A stretch of 64,000 nt of DNA from assembly GCA_973895155.1 (NCBI GenBank), contig OZ316892.1, positions 19,789,869-19,853,868 of the forward strand. The letters run 5' to 3'. This DNA comes from Marsupella aquatica. Lineage: Eukaryota > Plantae > Marchantiophyta. How positions within the stretch are numbered: the stretch's first letter is position 1; each line of letters begins with the position of its first letter. Both the position numbers and the translations under genes were made by a program. The notes below the pieces were generated by a model. That model searched no databases. It was not told the DNA's origin and worked only from the letters and a program-made list of their open reading frames with translations. This document shows positions 25,209 through 35,253 of this stretch, one piece after another.

Positions 25209-25661
25209 ATGGTGAGGACTCGCAGCGCTCATTCTCAGAGTCTTGCAGGCACCGCAGAGAGATTGCGTCTGGAGTTTGTCAGACGTGGCACATGGCCAGC
25301 CCACTCTGCATGGTATTTTCGTTATCCAGTTGTAGTCCATAATGACTACAGCCAGCCTCCACCTGTGGCATTACCCTTTCCCACATCCGTGGTGTATGTG
25401 TCACTTATTGGCGAAGTGCCACACGTCAAGGCCATCCTAGCGCATGGATGTATCCATTCTTGCCAGTATGACTGCGTTGCTTGTAGGGTGGTCAACCCAA
25501 AAACCCTGGTCGGTGCTGACAAAGCCGCTAAACAAAGTAGGAGGATATGCATCCTTTGGAATCACTTTGCATTGTTGAATGGTGTGGATAGTGATCTCGG
25601 GTGTCCAGCCCTGCCCAACCCCGCTATTGGGGGTTTCTCGGACACATCATGTTTGATTTGA
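25209..25661 (+). CDS. Hypothetical 150-aa protein with a small Cys/His cluster
   Basis: ATG-initiated intact ORF (MVRTRS...HGCIHSCQYDCVAC), co-oriented with the neighbouring ORFs. No family recognised. Confidence 0.4.
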   Translation: MVRTRSAHSQSLAGTAERLRLEFVRRGTWPAHSAWYFRYPVVVHNDYSQPPPVALPFPTSVVYVSLIGEVPHVKAILAHGCIHSCQYDCVACRVVNPKTLVGADKAAKQSRRICILWNHFALLNGVDSDLGCPALPNPAIGGFSDTSCLI

Positions 25662-26421
25662 AGTTAGTTTACAACTGCAGGAATTCTAACACAATACGCA
25701 CGTACCAGGATGCAATGAGATAAGGCATATTTTTGGATGAAATAGTAACTTAAACACTGAGAAATAACTTGAAGTTCTGCTCTGACTTTTTCTATATTCG
25801 TACAATTTTGGATTGAGGGTTTGAACACCTCAGTGGAATTAAAGTTTTGAAGTATATTGCAAAAATCCTATCTACTAAGCACAACATTTTAATCTAAGAT
25901 GTCACCAGTCCACTCAACATCTCTGTTCAAGACTCTATTCCAGAAGGTCCACAATCTACTGTTAACTGAAAGTTGAATCCAATAGTTAAAGTCTCTGTCA
26001 ATGACTCCCACTCCCCCTCGCACATATGCCTTATGGCTCTAGATCGGGTACAGTGAATGAAGAAAGTTGAAGAGTGTCCATGTGATGTTTGTCCATGCAT
26101 AGTCCTTGCCAACTCAAACCAGTGCTCTGTGTAGTGGCTCCATTTAAATGATATTTTGTGTCACATTTGTGCTGTTGCAGATTATGAATCCTTGTTTTTA
26201 CGTCTTGTGACGTGAGAGGGGATTGAGATCTACATCTGAAACCGATCAAGGCAATCTCCAAATTTCATTGCCTTCCTCTTGGTTGAGTACAATTGGTGAG
26301 TCCTCTACATTTTGGCCCCACATTGGATTGCAATATGCAAGTGGTAAGTACGTGTTTTATGACAGCCAATTTAACAGTTTAATAACTCTTCAAGTTTTCT
26401 TGTTCATGTCCAGTGGTCATA

Positions 26422-27075
26422 ATGGCTAGGACCAAGCATAAAGCCAGAAAGAATGATACTCGAACGAGAAAGGAGGAAGATGTGTTGATGATTGAATTGT
26501 GGTCAGACGTTGAGAAACGTCAGTGTAGTCCCCAGCTTTGTGGCATTTGTGACTGGCATGGAGATCTGGCCATGTGTGATGGGGCTTGCCATCGGCACTT
26601 CCACCATGTTTCCAAAGTTGGTGAGGTTGTTGGCAGGTGCCCTGCTGTATTTATTGCACCAGGCAAGGATGATGATCCTTGGTATTGTCCAGAGTGTAAG
26701 GATAAGACATACAGGTGTTTTCAGTGTGGCATTGTCTCTACTACTGCCAGGCAGTGCCCCCAGCCATATTGTGTTCGTTTTTATTGTCATGGATGCTTGC
26801 TACTTGATGTGGAGTCTTGCCCCATCCATACATGTGTTGCATGCCAGCAGGACCATGGTGACCCTCATCTGGCAGAGGCCGTGCAGTGTTTGAGATGTCC
26901 CAAAACTTGGCATCGTACTTGCCTAGCTAAGAGTAAGCGTCAAGGTTTTGCATCGGACAGAGTGCCCTGGCATCATACTGCACATGACCAGGGACGTTGG
27001 ATGATTTACTGTCCTGACCATCCTATTGACCCTGCTCTAGGCACAGCGGCTCATGATCACATCTCCTGGCTTTGA
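26422..27075 (+). CDS. EDM2-type tandem PHD-finger protein with an H3-tail-like N-terminus (217 aa)
   Basis: CGICDWHGDLAMCDGACHRHFH..WYCPEC..RCFQCG..CPIHTCVAC..CLRCPKTWHRTCL..IYCPDHPIDPALGTAAHDHI follows the EDM2 PHD pattern as recalled. It starts MARTKHKARK, and there is a probable 5'UTR intron at 26344-26413. Confidence 0.85.
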   Translation: MARTKHKARKNDTRTRKEEDVLMIELWSDVEKRQCSPQLCGICDWHGDLAMCDGACHRHFHHVSKVGEVVGRCPAVFIAPGKDDDPWYCPECKDKTYRCFQCGIVSTTARQCPQPYCVRFYCHGCLLLDVESCPIHTCVACQQDHGDPHLAEAVQCLRCPKTWHRTCLAKSKRQGFASDRVPWHHTAHDQGRWMIYCPDHPIDPALGTAAHDHISWL

Positions 27076-27160
27076 TTCACCTGGTCCATTTTGGTTCAAA
27101 TACATCATTACTACTGTAGACATCGATACAGTTAGTTAATCAATGGAACAATGACATTTT

Positions 27161-27297
27161 TGTTCAACTTCGTAACAATCATCACACTCTTTACTCCTTC
27201 CTATCCTCTTATACATGGGTGGTTACTAAGGCGGTTAATAGTGTAACTGCCTTAGTCCTAACCCTTTTGGGTAGACCTAGTCTAAGGAGTTATAACA
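27161..27297 (-). repeat. 3' LTR of copia 1
   Basis: TGTTCAAC...TTATAACA; matches 33625-33761. Confidence 0.95.
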
Positions 27298-28126
27298 CTC
27301 CCCCTTGGATGCGACTTTTATGTCGAGAAAAGATGCAGACATCCATGGTCTACCTAAAGTAATAATTGAATTTTTGATTGGTCTATAGTAGTATCTGATG
27401 GGGTATTGTGGTAGGGGTGTAGCCTCATTAAAACCTCCCCTTCTTACTGATGGGAGGAAAGAGTGTTACCAGCCCTCCATTATAGGTTAAGAGTAAGGGG
27501 AGTATTGTGGGTTCGTATACCCATTTATTTGTGGTAATGTTTGTGCAACACTAATTCGTATGAAAGTGTCTTTGTAAAAAGAATGAGTTGTTGTTATCCT
27601 GTGGAATAGTCGATGTTGTGTGTATGGAACGGTAGATTAGGTTTCGGGTTCGCACAGACTGTCTTTGACGTGTGAGCTCGCGGTCGTTAGTTACTGGAAA
27701 ATGAAGCGAAGTGTAGTGTCCTCTGACTTGAAGTGTTTTATGTGTAAGGGTCAGTGATCGGGATTCCTGAGCTGCTCTGTAGTCGTGCTCAATGCTTTAG
27801 TATGCACGAAGTGTTGGGAGATCAGGTCGGTGCGCGAGTGTTGATCAGTGAACTCGGATGCACCATGGCATCGATGGTTGAAGGTTGACAGACAGTAGTT
27901 AGCACGTTGTGGTTTGTGCTCTGCTGGTGTTGTCTTCGGTGTTCAGCTGCGTTCACTCGTTCGAGTTCCGGTTGGCTGTGGATGCAGCCTCATGTGTTCG
28001 GTGAAGTGTCGTCGAGTGGGGTTGTGCGGAGCTCTTGTTGGTTGTTCTCTGTTCGTCCTTGCTATCTGCTTTCGGTAAGATTGTTCCTCCCCCTCAGTTT
28101 TGAAAGGTTGTTCTTTGCGCATTTTC

Positions 28127-31100
28127 CTATATAAATTCCGACAGGCTATGCATTCCGATTGATCTGGTTAGTGTTTTATGTACGATTGGAGGCAAAGGTT
28201 TCGTGAATAAGTCTGCTGAGTTTTCTGAACTCGGGATCCATTGTACGTCTATCGTGTCACCTAGCTGCTCATGTGCGAAAAAGAATTTCGGGGCTATGTG
28301 TTTGGTTCGATCACCTTTTATGAAACCAGCGGAAATTTGTTCGATGCAGGGCCGGTTATCTTCATAGATCACAGTTGGTGAACTCAGTTTAGGCATACCT
28401 GAGGTTTCTTGGATGTAATTGATCACGTTACGTAGCCATATGCATTCCCGACTCGCCTAGTAAAGGGCAATTATTTCTGAGTGATTGGAGGAGGTCGTGG
28501 TTAGAGTTTGTTTCGTGCTCCTCCACGATATCGCTGTAGGTCCGATCTTGAAGATATACCCAGTCTGAGACTTTGCATCCGCTGGGTCTGATAAGTATCC
28601 TGCATCTGCAAATCCGGATAGTATGAAGTTTGTGTTGCTCTGAAAAAGAAGTCCATGGTCGATAGTGCTGCTCAGGTAACGCATTATCCTCTTTACCCCA
28701 TTCCAGTGTCGAATAGTAGGTAATGAACTGTGGCGTGCTAACAAGTTAACTGCGAAAGCGATGTCGGGGCGGGTTTGGGAAGCCAAGAAGAGCAGTGCCC
28801 CTATCGCCGACAAGTATGGCTTTTCGGAGCCAAGTAGTGGCTCTGCCTCTGTTCTCTTTCGGAATATGTCCTTGTCTTTGTCCAGTGACCAAAGGTCCAT
28901 TGGAGACCTGACAGCTTTTGCCGTGTGCATATGAAATTGCTTCAACATGCGGCGAGTGTAAGTTGATTGGTGGAGGAGTATGCCCTGCTTGAGGTACTCG
29001 AACTGAAGGCCGAGGCAGAAAGCAGTTCTACCGAGATCTCTTATCTCAAAAACCCTATTGAGTTTTTGGATTGTATCTTCCAGGATCTTTGGTGTTCCGA
29101 AAAGATTGAGGTCATCTACATAAATCGCCACAATGATTATCTCTGTGCCTTCATGTTTGATGAACAGACAGGGTGTGAGCTCAGATGTTTTAAATCCCAT
29201 TGCTAGCATTTCGTTTTTAAAGTGTTGGTACCAGGTACGTCTGCTTTGCTTCAAGCCATACATTGATCTCAAAACTTGAACAACAAATTTAGTTCTTGCG
29301 GTAAGTGCTTTATGGGCCTCATTCACAATTGGGTGTACCTCGCAGGAACCACTTTCAGGACTCAAAAACATGCTTTTTTAGTGAAAAATGACTTTTGTAA
29401 CATGGAAAAAGCACCATCATGATTTTATCTCAAGACATTTAAGTCTAATTTTTTCACAAGACTATTTTACATGGTGTTACCTACCTCACCATGTAGATAA
29501 ATCAAGTTTTCAATTGTTTTAAGGGATCCTATTATTGATGGCCCTAAATAAGCCAAAATTACTGATTATTTTTGTCCTGTACATAAAGGTTTAGTGTGTG
29601 TCAATATTTGAGTTTTGAAATATAAGATTATTCTATTAGTATGCATGCTTTGGTAAAATTTCATTGTCTAAAATGCATTTTTTAGAGTCCTTTGAGTCCT
29701 GAAAGGATGTGACCCGTTGCGTGACAAGTCCTTTTATCAATCTTTGAAGGACATATAAGGAAAGCTTCAAAATCTCAAATGCTAGATAGTTTAATGAATG
29801 TTACCAACCTAGAGGATGTTATTTAAGCATAGTACATCAAATTTTCTATATCATCTCATTACACCCTACAAATGATATCCTAAAGCATAATAAACTATGG
29901 TCACTTTTGAGTGTGACGTTCCTTTTGGGTCCTCCAATTGTGAATGAGGCCTATGGTCTGTTGCTTTCCATCCAATCGCTTTAGCTGTGGTATGTAGTAC
30001 CGACTTATTTGTATGGCCAAAAGGGCCATCACTGTGGGCTGTATGCTCTTGTACTTTCGGCTCCCCCTGAAGGTGGTGATCCACTCGGGTTAGTAATTCG
30101 GGTGGGGCCTCCATATATATTATAGTGTCCAAATGGCCGTAGAGGTAAGCGGTGACAATGTCCAGTTGATGCATTGTCAGGTTGTGGTAAATGGCGAATG
30201 CGATTAGAATTCTATATGTAATCACATCCATGATTGGGGAGTAGGTTAAGTCATAATCTCTGCCAGGGATCTGGGTAAATCCCTTGGCCACCAGTCTAGC
30301 TTTGTATCTCACGATCTCTCCTTGGGCATTTCTCTTCTTTATAAAGGTCCACTTGTAGCCGGTCAGATGTGTTTCAGGTGGGGCAGGCTTGATGGGTCCG
30401 AATACCTGACGCGAGATTAAAGAATCCAGTTCCGAGTTTATGGCGTTCTGCCATTCATGCCAGTCTGCTTGGGATCGGGCCTCAGTTATCGTTGCCGGGT
30501 CAGGTAACTCTCCCATTATTTCTTGCGAAATTTGATAGGCAAATATATTATCGATAGGGGTTGAGACTCTGTCTCTGATTTGGCCTGTGTAGTTATAGTT
30601 AATGGCAATCTCCTCATTTTCTGTTGTGATAGGTGGTGTGGGTTGTGGGTGTGCGGATGCAGGTGGGTTTTGTGGTCTTCTTTGCCGAGGCTGTTTGTCC
30701 CCGGCTCCAGGTGGTTGGCCCCTTTTCTTCTTTGGTTCGGTTGTTGTTGCTGGTTGTGTCGTTATATCGATTCGGGATGGTGCGTTTGCGGCTGGTACAT
30801 GTGACCTGGTTACTTTTGCCACGTCTGCGAATGAATCTGGGAGTTCATCCATGATTCTAGTGAGGTGTAGGATGCGTTGGACCTCGGTATCTGTTTGGGC
30901 AGATCTCGGGTCATTCCATAATTGTGAATTGATTTGCCATGTGAGGTCCTTTTTTAGTACAGCTTTATTCTCCTGGTCTGAGGTTAATTTCGGGAATATC
31001 TCTTCATAGAAGTGACAGTCCGTGAATCTCTCCTTGTATACGTCAGTTGTAGTTGGCTCTAGATATCGTATTATTGATGTGGAATCGAATCCTATGTATA

Positions 31101-32300
31101 TACCCTTCTGCCTCTGGGGTCCAAGCTTGGTGCGTTTGGGTCCCATGATGGGCACCAGGACTTGGCACCCAAAGGTGCGGAGGTGAGCCAAGTTAGGTGC
31201 AACGCCGAATGCCAGATGGTGAGGTGAGCTGGCATTGAAAGCTGATGGTCTGTATCTTAGTAAGGCGGCAGCGTGTATGATAGCGTGGCCCCAGGCAGAT
31301 TGTGGTAGATTGCTCTGCATGATTAGTGGTCTCGCTATTGTTTGGAGCCTTTTACTCAGGGATTCGGCTATCCCGTTTTGGAAGTGCACATAGGCAACGG
31401 GATATTCTACTTCTATCCCGGATGCAGTGCATAAGTCATCAAATGTCTGGGATGTAAACTCCCCGACATTATCGACTCTTAATGTCTTGATTGGGTAGTC
31501 CGGGAACTGAGCTTTTAATCGCAGGATGTGGGCCAGTAGTTTGGGGAAAACTAGGTTACGTGTTGAGAGAAGTGAAACTTGGGACCATTTGGAGGAGGCA
31601 TCGATAGTGACTAAGAAGAAGCAGAATGGACCACTGGGGGGGTCAACTGGGCCACACACATCGACATGGATTCGCTCTAAAAATCGTGGTATATTTTTGT
31701 CTGTGGTTGAGGGGGATGGTCTCATGGTGAGTTTTCCTTGTGAGCAGGCTAGACATTGAGTTTTCATTGAGGTTGGGTGTACTGTGTTTGGTATACCGTG
31801 TGTATCTTTGATGATCTTGTGAAACATCTGTGTGCCTGGGTGTCCCAGGCGTCGGTGCCAGATGTCCACGGATGGCAGTGCAGGAATATGCGTGTGGAAG
31901 GTGTGTATTTTTATGGCATAAAAACCCATTGGAAAAGCTGTGAGCGTTTCCTTAATTTCTATGCCATTTTGTGTCTTAGCTATGAGCTGTAGTACTTCTC
32001 TGGAATTGTGGGTACTAGTATGGATGTGGAGGCCATTTTCTCGGATGTCTCTGAAACTCAATAAGTTACATGTGGCTTTTGGTGCGTAGATGGCCGATTG
32101 GATATGGATCATGGTTCCCTTAGGCAGTATTAGTGTGGCTGGCCCGTTGCCTTCTTCCAGCTGATGGTTTCCCATAATCGTGGTGACTCTCCGTTGGGAT
32201 GGGTTAATGTATTTGAAGTAGGTTTTGAGTCTCAGGATTCAATGGGAAGTCCCACTGTCGAGTATACAACAGTTGGGATCTTCTAGTGCTTTAGATGTGT
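28127..32300 (-). pseudogene. Copia pol (protease, integrase, RT, RNase H) with stops and a MITE insertion
   Basis: Motifs LDSGTSH, WHRRLGHPG, HVDVCGP, RYKARLVAKGF, YVDDL, IYEDN and ADLFTKPL. In-frame stops near 32200 and at 28457; MITE at 29315-29951. Confidence 0.93.
29315..29951. mobile_element. MITE, 637 bp, 18-bp TIR, 4-bp TSD TATG
   Basis: GGCCTCATTCACAATTGG and CCAATTGTGAATGAGGCC ends. TATG at 29311-29314 and 29952-29955. AT-rich interior. Removal restores the pol frame (..TDHKALTAR..). Confidence 0.93.
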
Positions 32301-32457
32301 CCAACGGAAGGACAGTATGTATTTCAGGTAAAACTTCTGGGGTCTCTAAGAATGTGCCGTAAGTTTCATACTCAGGAGTATTGATGTTCTTTTGGTATAG
32401 GGCCACGAGGTGAGCCGGTGCTCGACATTCCTTCCTAATATGCCCTCTCGTTCCACA

Positions 32458-33294
32458 TCAATGACAAGTGAGTGGGTTATCGGACTTATCTGAATTTGTG
32501 GTGGTCCTTGTCCAGCTGTTGCGAGTTCTTCCCGGATTTGATCGGCCGCGTCCCCTGCCTCCACGGGACATGCTCCTTCCCCCTCGTTGGGAGTAGTATC
32601 CTCGGCCATGAAAGGTATTCCTTCCTCTGCTGCTCCCTCTTCCCCGGAATGATGTACTGCCGCGTCGCCATGTATTGAAGTGAGTTTCGGCTTGAGGTTG
32701 AGGTGGTAGAGTGCCTAGGGGTCGCTGCTTAGTGTTCTGCAATAGTAAGATTTGATGTTTCTCTGCCAACAACATGTGTGAGATCAATTCCGAGTAGGTT
32801 GTAAATCGCATGTTTCGGTATTGAGTTGATAATACCAGATTTGTTGAGTGGAAGGTCGATAAAGTCTTTTCGATTTGTTCTTCGTCATTGACCGGGTGGC
32901 CGCAAATCGCCAATTGGGAGATGATGCAAAAAAGTTTGTTGTTGTATTCAGCGATAGTTTTATGGTCCTGCACGCGAAGATTAATCCAATCATGCCTTGC
33001 TGCTGGCAGGAAAATGGTCCGGGTGTGATCAAATCGAGAATGTAATTCGTCCCAAAGAATTCGGGGATTGTACGCATTCATGTATTGGCATTTTAGGGAA
33101 TCGACTAGATGGTGCCGAATCAAGATCAACGCCTTGGCCTTCTCCTGGAGGGTGGGGCCATTGTCAGTTATGACAGTGTCCTCTAAATTCTTAGATGCCA
33201 AATGTGCCTCAACGTCTAGAGTCCAGGATAGGAAATTGGCGCCATCTATAGATAGCGCCTGGAAGTATAATTTCTCAATTGTATTTGCGGCCAT
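32458..33294 (-). CDS. Copia gag (Bianca-type)
   Basis: 278-aa ORF with copia gag motifs (LWDELHSRF, EKTLSTFH) and an RG-rich region. It breaks at the zinc knuckle. Confidence 0.88.
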   Translation of the reverse strand: MAANTIEKLYFQALSIDGANFLSWTLDVEAHLASKNLEDTVITDNGPTLQEKAKALILIRHHLVDSLKCQYMNAYNPRILWDELHSRFDHTRTIFLPAARHDWINLRVQDHKTIAEYNNKLFCIISQLAICGHPVNDEEQIEKTLSTFHSTNLVLSTQYRNMRFTTYSELISHMLLAEKHQILLLQNTKQRPLGTLPPQPQAETHFNTWRRGSTSFRGRGSSRGRNTFHGRGYYSQRGGRSMSRGGRGRGRSNPGRTRNSWTRTTTNSDKSDNPLTCH

Positions 33295-33624
33295 TGTATC
33301 TGTGGTAGTGAGATTTGCTCAGCATGGTATTGTTGAACAGTGAGCCGGAATCGATGTGTAATTGGGAATTGAGGATGGGAATTCACTGAGTCCTGCTGTG
33401 ATTTGGACTGATTCGATTTCTGATTCTATTGCTGCTATTTCGATGTTGAATGTCCCTCAAAGGATTAATTGCAAGTATCCCTCATCATCCTTCGAGCAGG
33501 ATCCTTCAAGGAGTCCCTATTCCATGGGATTGATGACCCCAATCCTCCTTGAAATGTAATTGCTACCATATCCGGCTCACGATCTTGAAAAAAATTTGTG
33601 TGCTTAAAACTCGTGCTGATAACG

Positions 33625-33761
33625 TGTTCAACTTCGTAACAATCATCACACTCTTTACTCCTTCCTATCCTCTTATACATGGGTGGTTACTAAGGCGGTT
33701 AATAGTGTAACTGCCTTAGTCCTAACCCTTTTGGGTAGACCTAGTCTAAGGAGTTATAAAA
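33625..33761 (-). repeat. 5' LTR of copia 1
   Basis: Same as 27161-27297 except the penultimate C>A; adjacent to the PBS. Confidence 0.95.
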
Positions 33762-35253
33762 AATTTGTCATAATCACACATTTTGTGAACTGTGTGAATG
33801 GTTAGCACAAGCATGGAGACATTGCTCCCGGTTTAATTGACTAAGGCTTCCTAAAACATCTAAAGTACTCAAACTCTATTTATTTATTTGGTAATTATTT
33901 TGTATACCAGTACGAGGAACATTCCCATTGATGTTTATGCATGGATGTCAATATTGTGGATGTGATTGAATTGTTTGGACCCAATGTTTATACGATTGTC
34001 TTGGATGTTGGCTGTCATGGATGGGGCATTGTCAACGGGATATTTTCTTCAACCTACTGTCTGTGGGTAGCAATAGAGTTTCAAGTTTGAAAGGAGCATC
34101 CTAAACACATGAAACGTAAGAGATAAAACGTAAAACCTTTCTACAACTAAAAATGGACAGTATGAACTTAAAGAGACAACTACAGAGTGGCAAGACAGTA
34201 CAGATTATGAGGGAGCTGAGCTTACTGTTGTGTCCATGTTGTAGGTTCTCACCAGTGAATGTTGGAGGTGAAACACTACACTCGGTATGTCGTTTTTTCC
34301 AGATTGCCATACCATATGTAGACCCCTCATATGGGTGGCTACATGGATGTATGTTGTGGTGGTTTGGCTGGTTGGTTTGGTAATCCGGCAATTTGTACCC
34401 CCACCTGGCAGAATCATTGTCAGCCTTGAATCTGTTGTACAGTATTGTAGGGGAAATGAGGAGGAGGTTTACTTTTCGGCAGATGAGTGTGAAGCCGGGT
34501 GTGAAGAGGATGATGAGGAATGTAGTAGGTTGCTACATGTTTTGCCATATGATTTAGTAGCCACTACTTGTAGGCACAGATCATAGACCACCATGGCATG
34601 ATCTTGGGTTAGACTTAGATGACTTAATGTACCTGCCTGAGTACCTGAGGCTTGACTATCATCGAGCACAAGAGTGGTATTTGTACTGATCTGATAAGAT
34701 TCACAGATCTGATATCACTGAGCTAGTGGAGTGGGATTCTATGACTATACACCATTGTATTTTGATATATATGGTCATGGATGTACGTGCAGAGTAGCCT
34801 AGAGGTGTGGAGTCCAGTGCTGGTACCATTAGAGTGGAGGATTGCAGTATCCAGAGAGCTTGCAGAGGTTGCAAGGTACGTGGGTCCTCTACATTCTGGC
34901 AAATTGAGTGGAAGACATTGATTGGATTGACTTGAAGTGGCTGAAACAATGTTGAGGAACTTTCGTGGTAGTCAAGATGACTTGAATAGGAGGGATGATA
35001 AGTTATGGCGTCGACAGACTGCAGCTTGTAGAGCTGCTGGGATGACAAAGATAAAATGTCCTTGCTACATTTGCAACTATAGGGGTAATCGTGTGAGTCT
35101 AGGGACAGTCAAAAAGCACCTCATTCAGAATTCTCGCCACCCATCGCAAAGGTATTGGTGGGGAAAGGACTGTGACTCTTTTGATGATGAGTGGAATGCA
35201 CGCTGCATGGAGTGGGATGGTGCATTTGAGGGCCCTGTGGACAATGCAAGATG

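Larger units (their letters stand above)
27161..33761 (-). mobile_element. Full-length Ty1/copia LTR retrotransposon, Bianca lineage
   Basis: 137-bp LTRs at 27161-27297 and 33625-33761 (136/137 identical). PBS CGTTATCAGCACGA on the minus strand and a PPT next to 27298. TSD ATTTT/AATTT (one mismatch). Gag start KLYFQALSIDGANFLSW is Bianca-like. Confidence 0.93.

Noticed and set aside
26422-26460. MARTKH start as a CENH3 or histone H3 gene
   Set aside because: No histone fold follows; only the first nine residues are H3-like.
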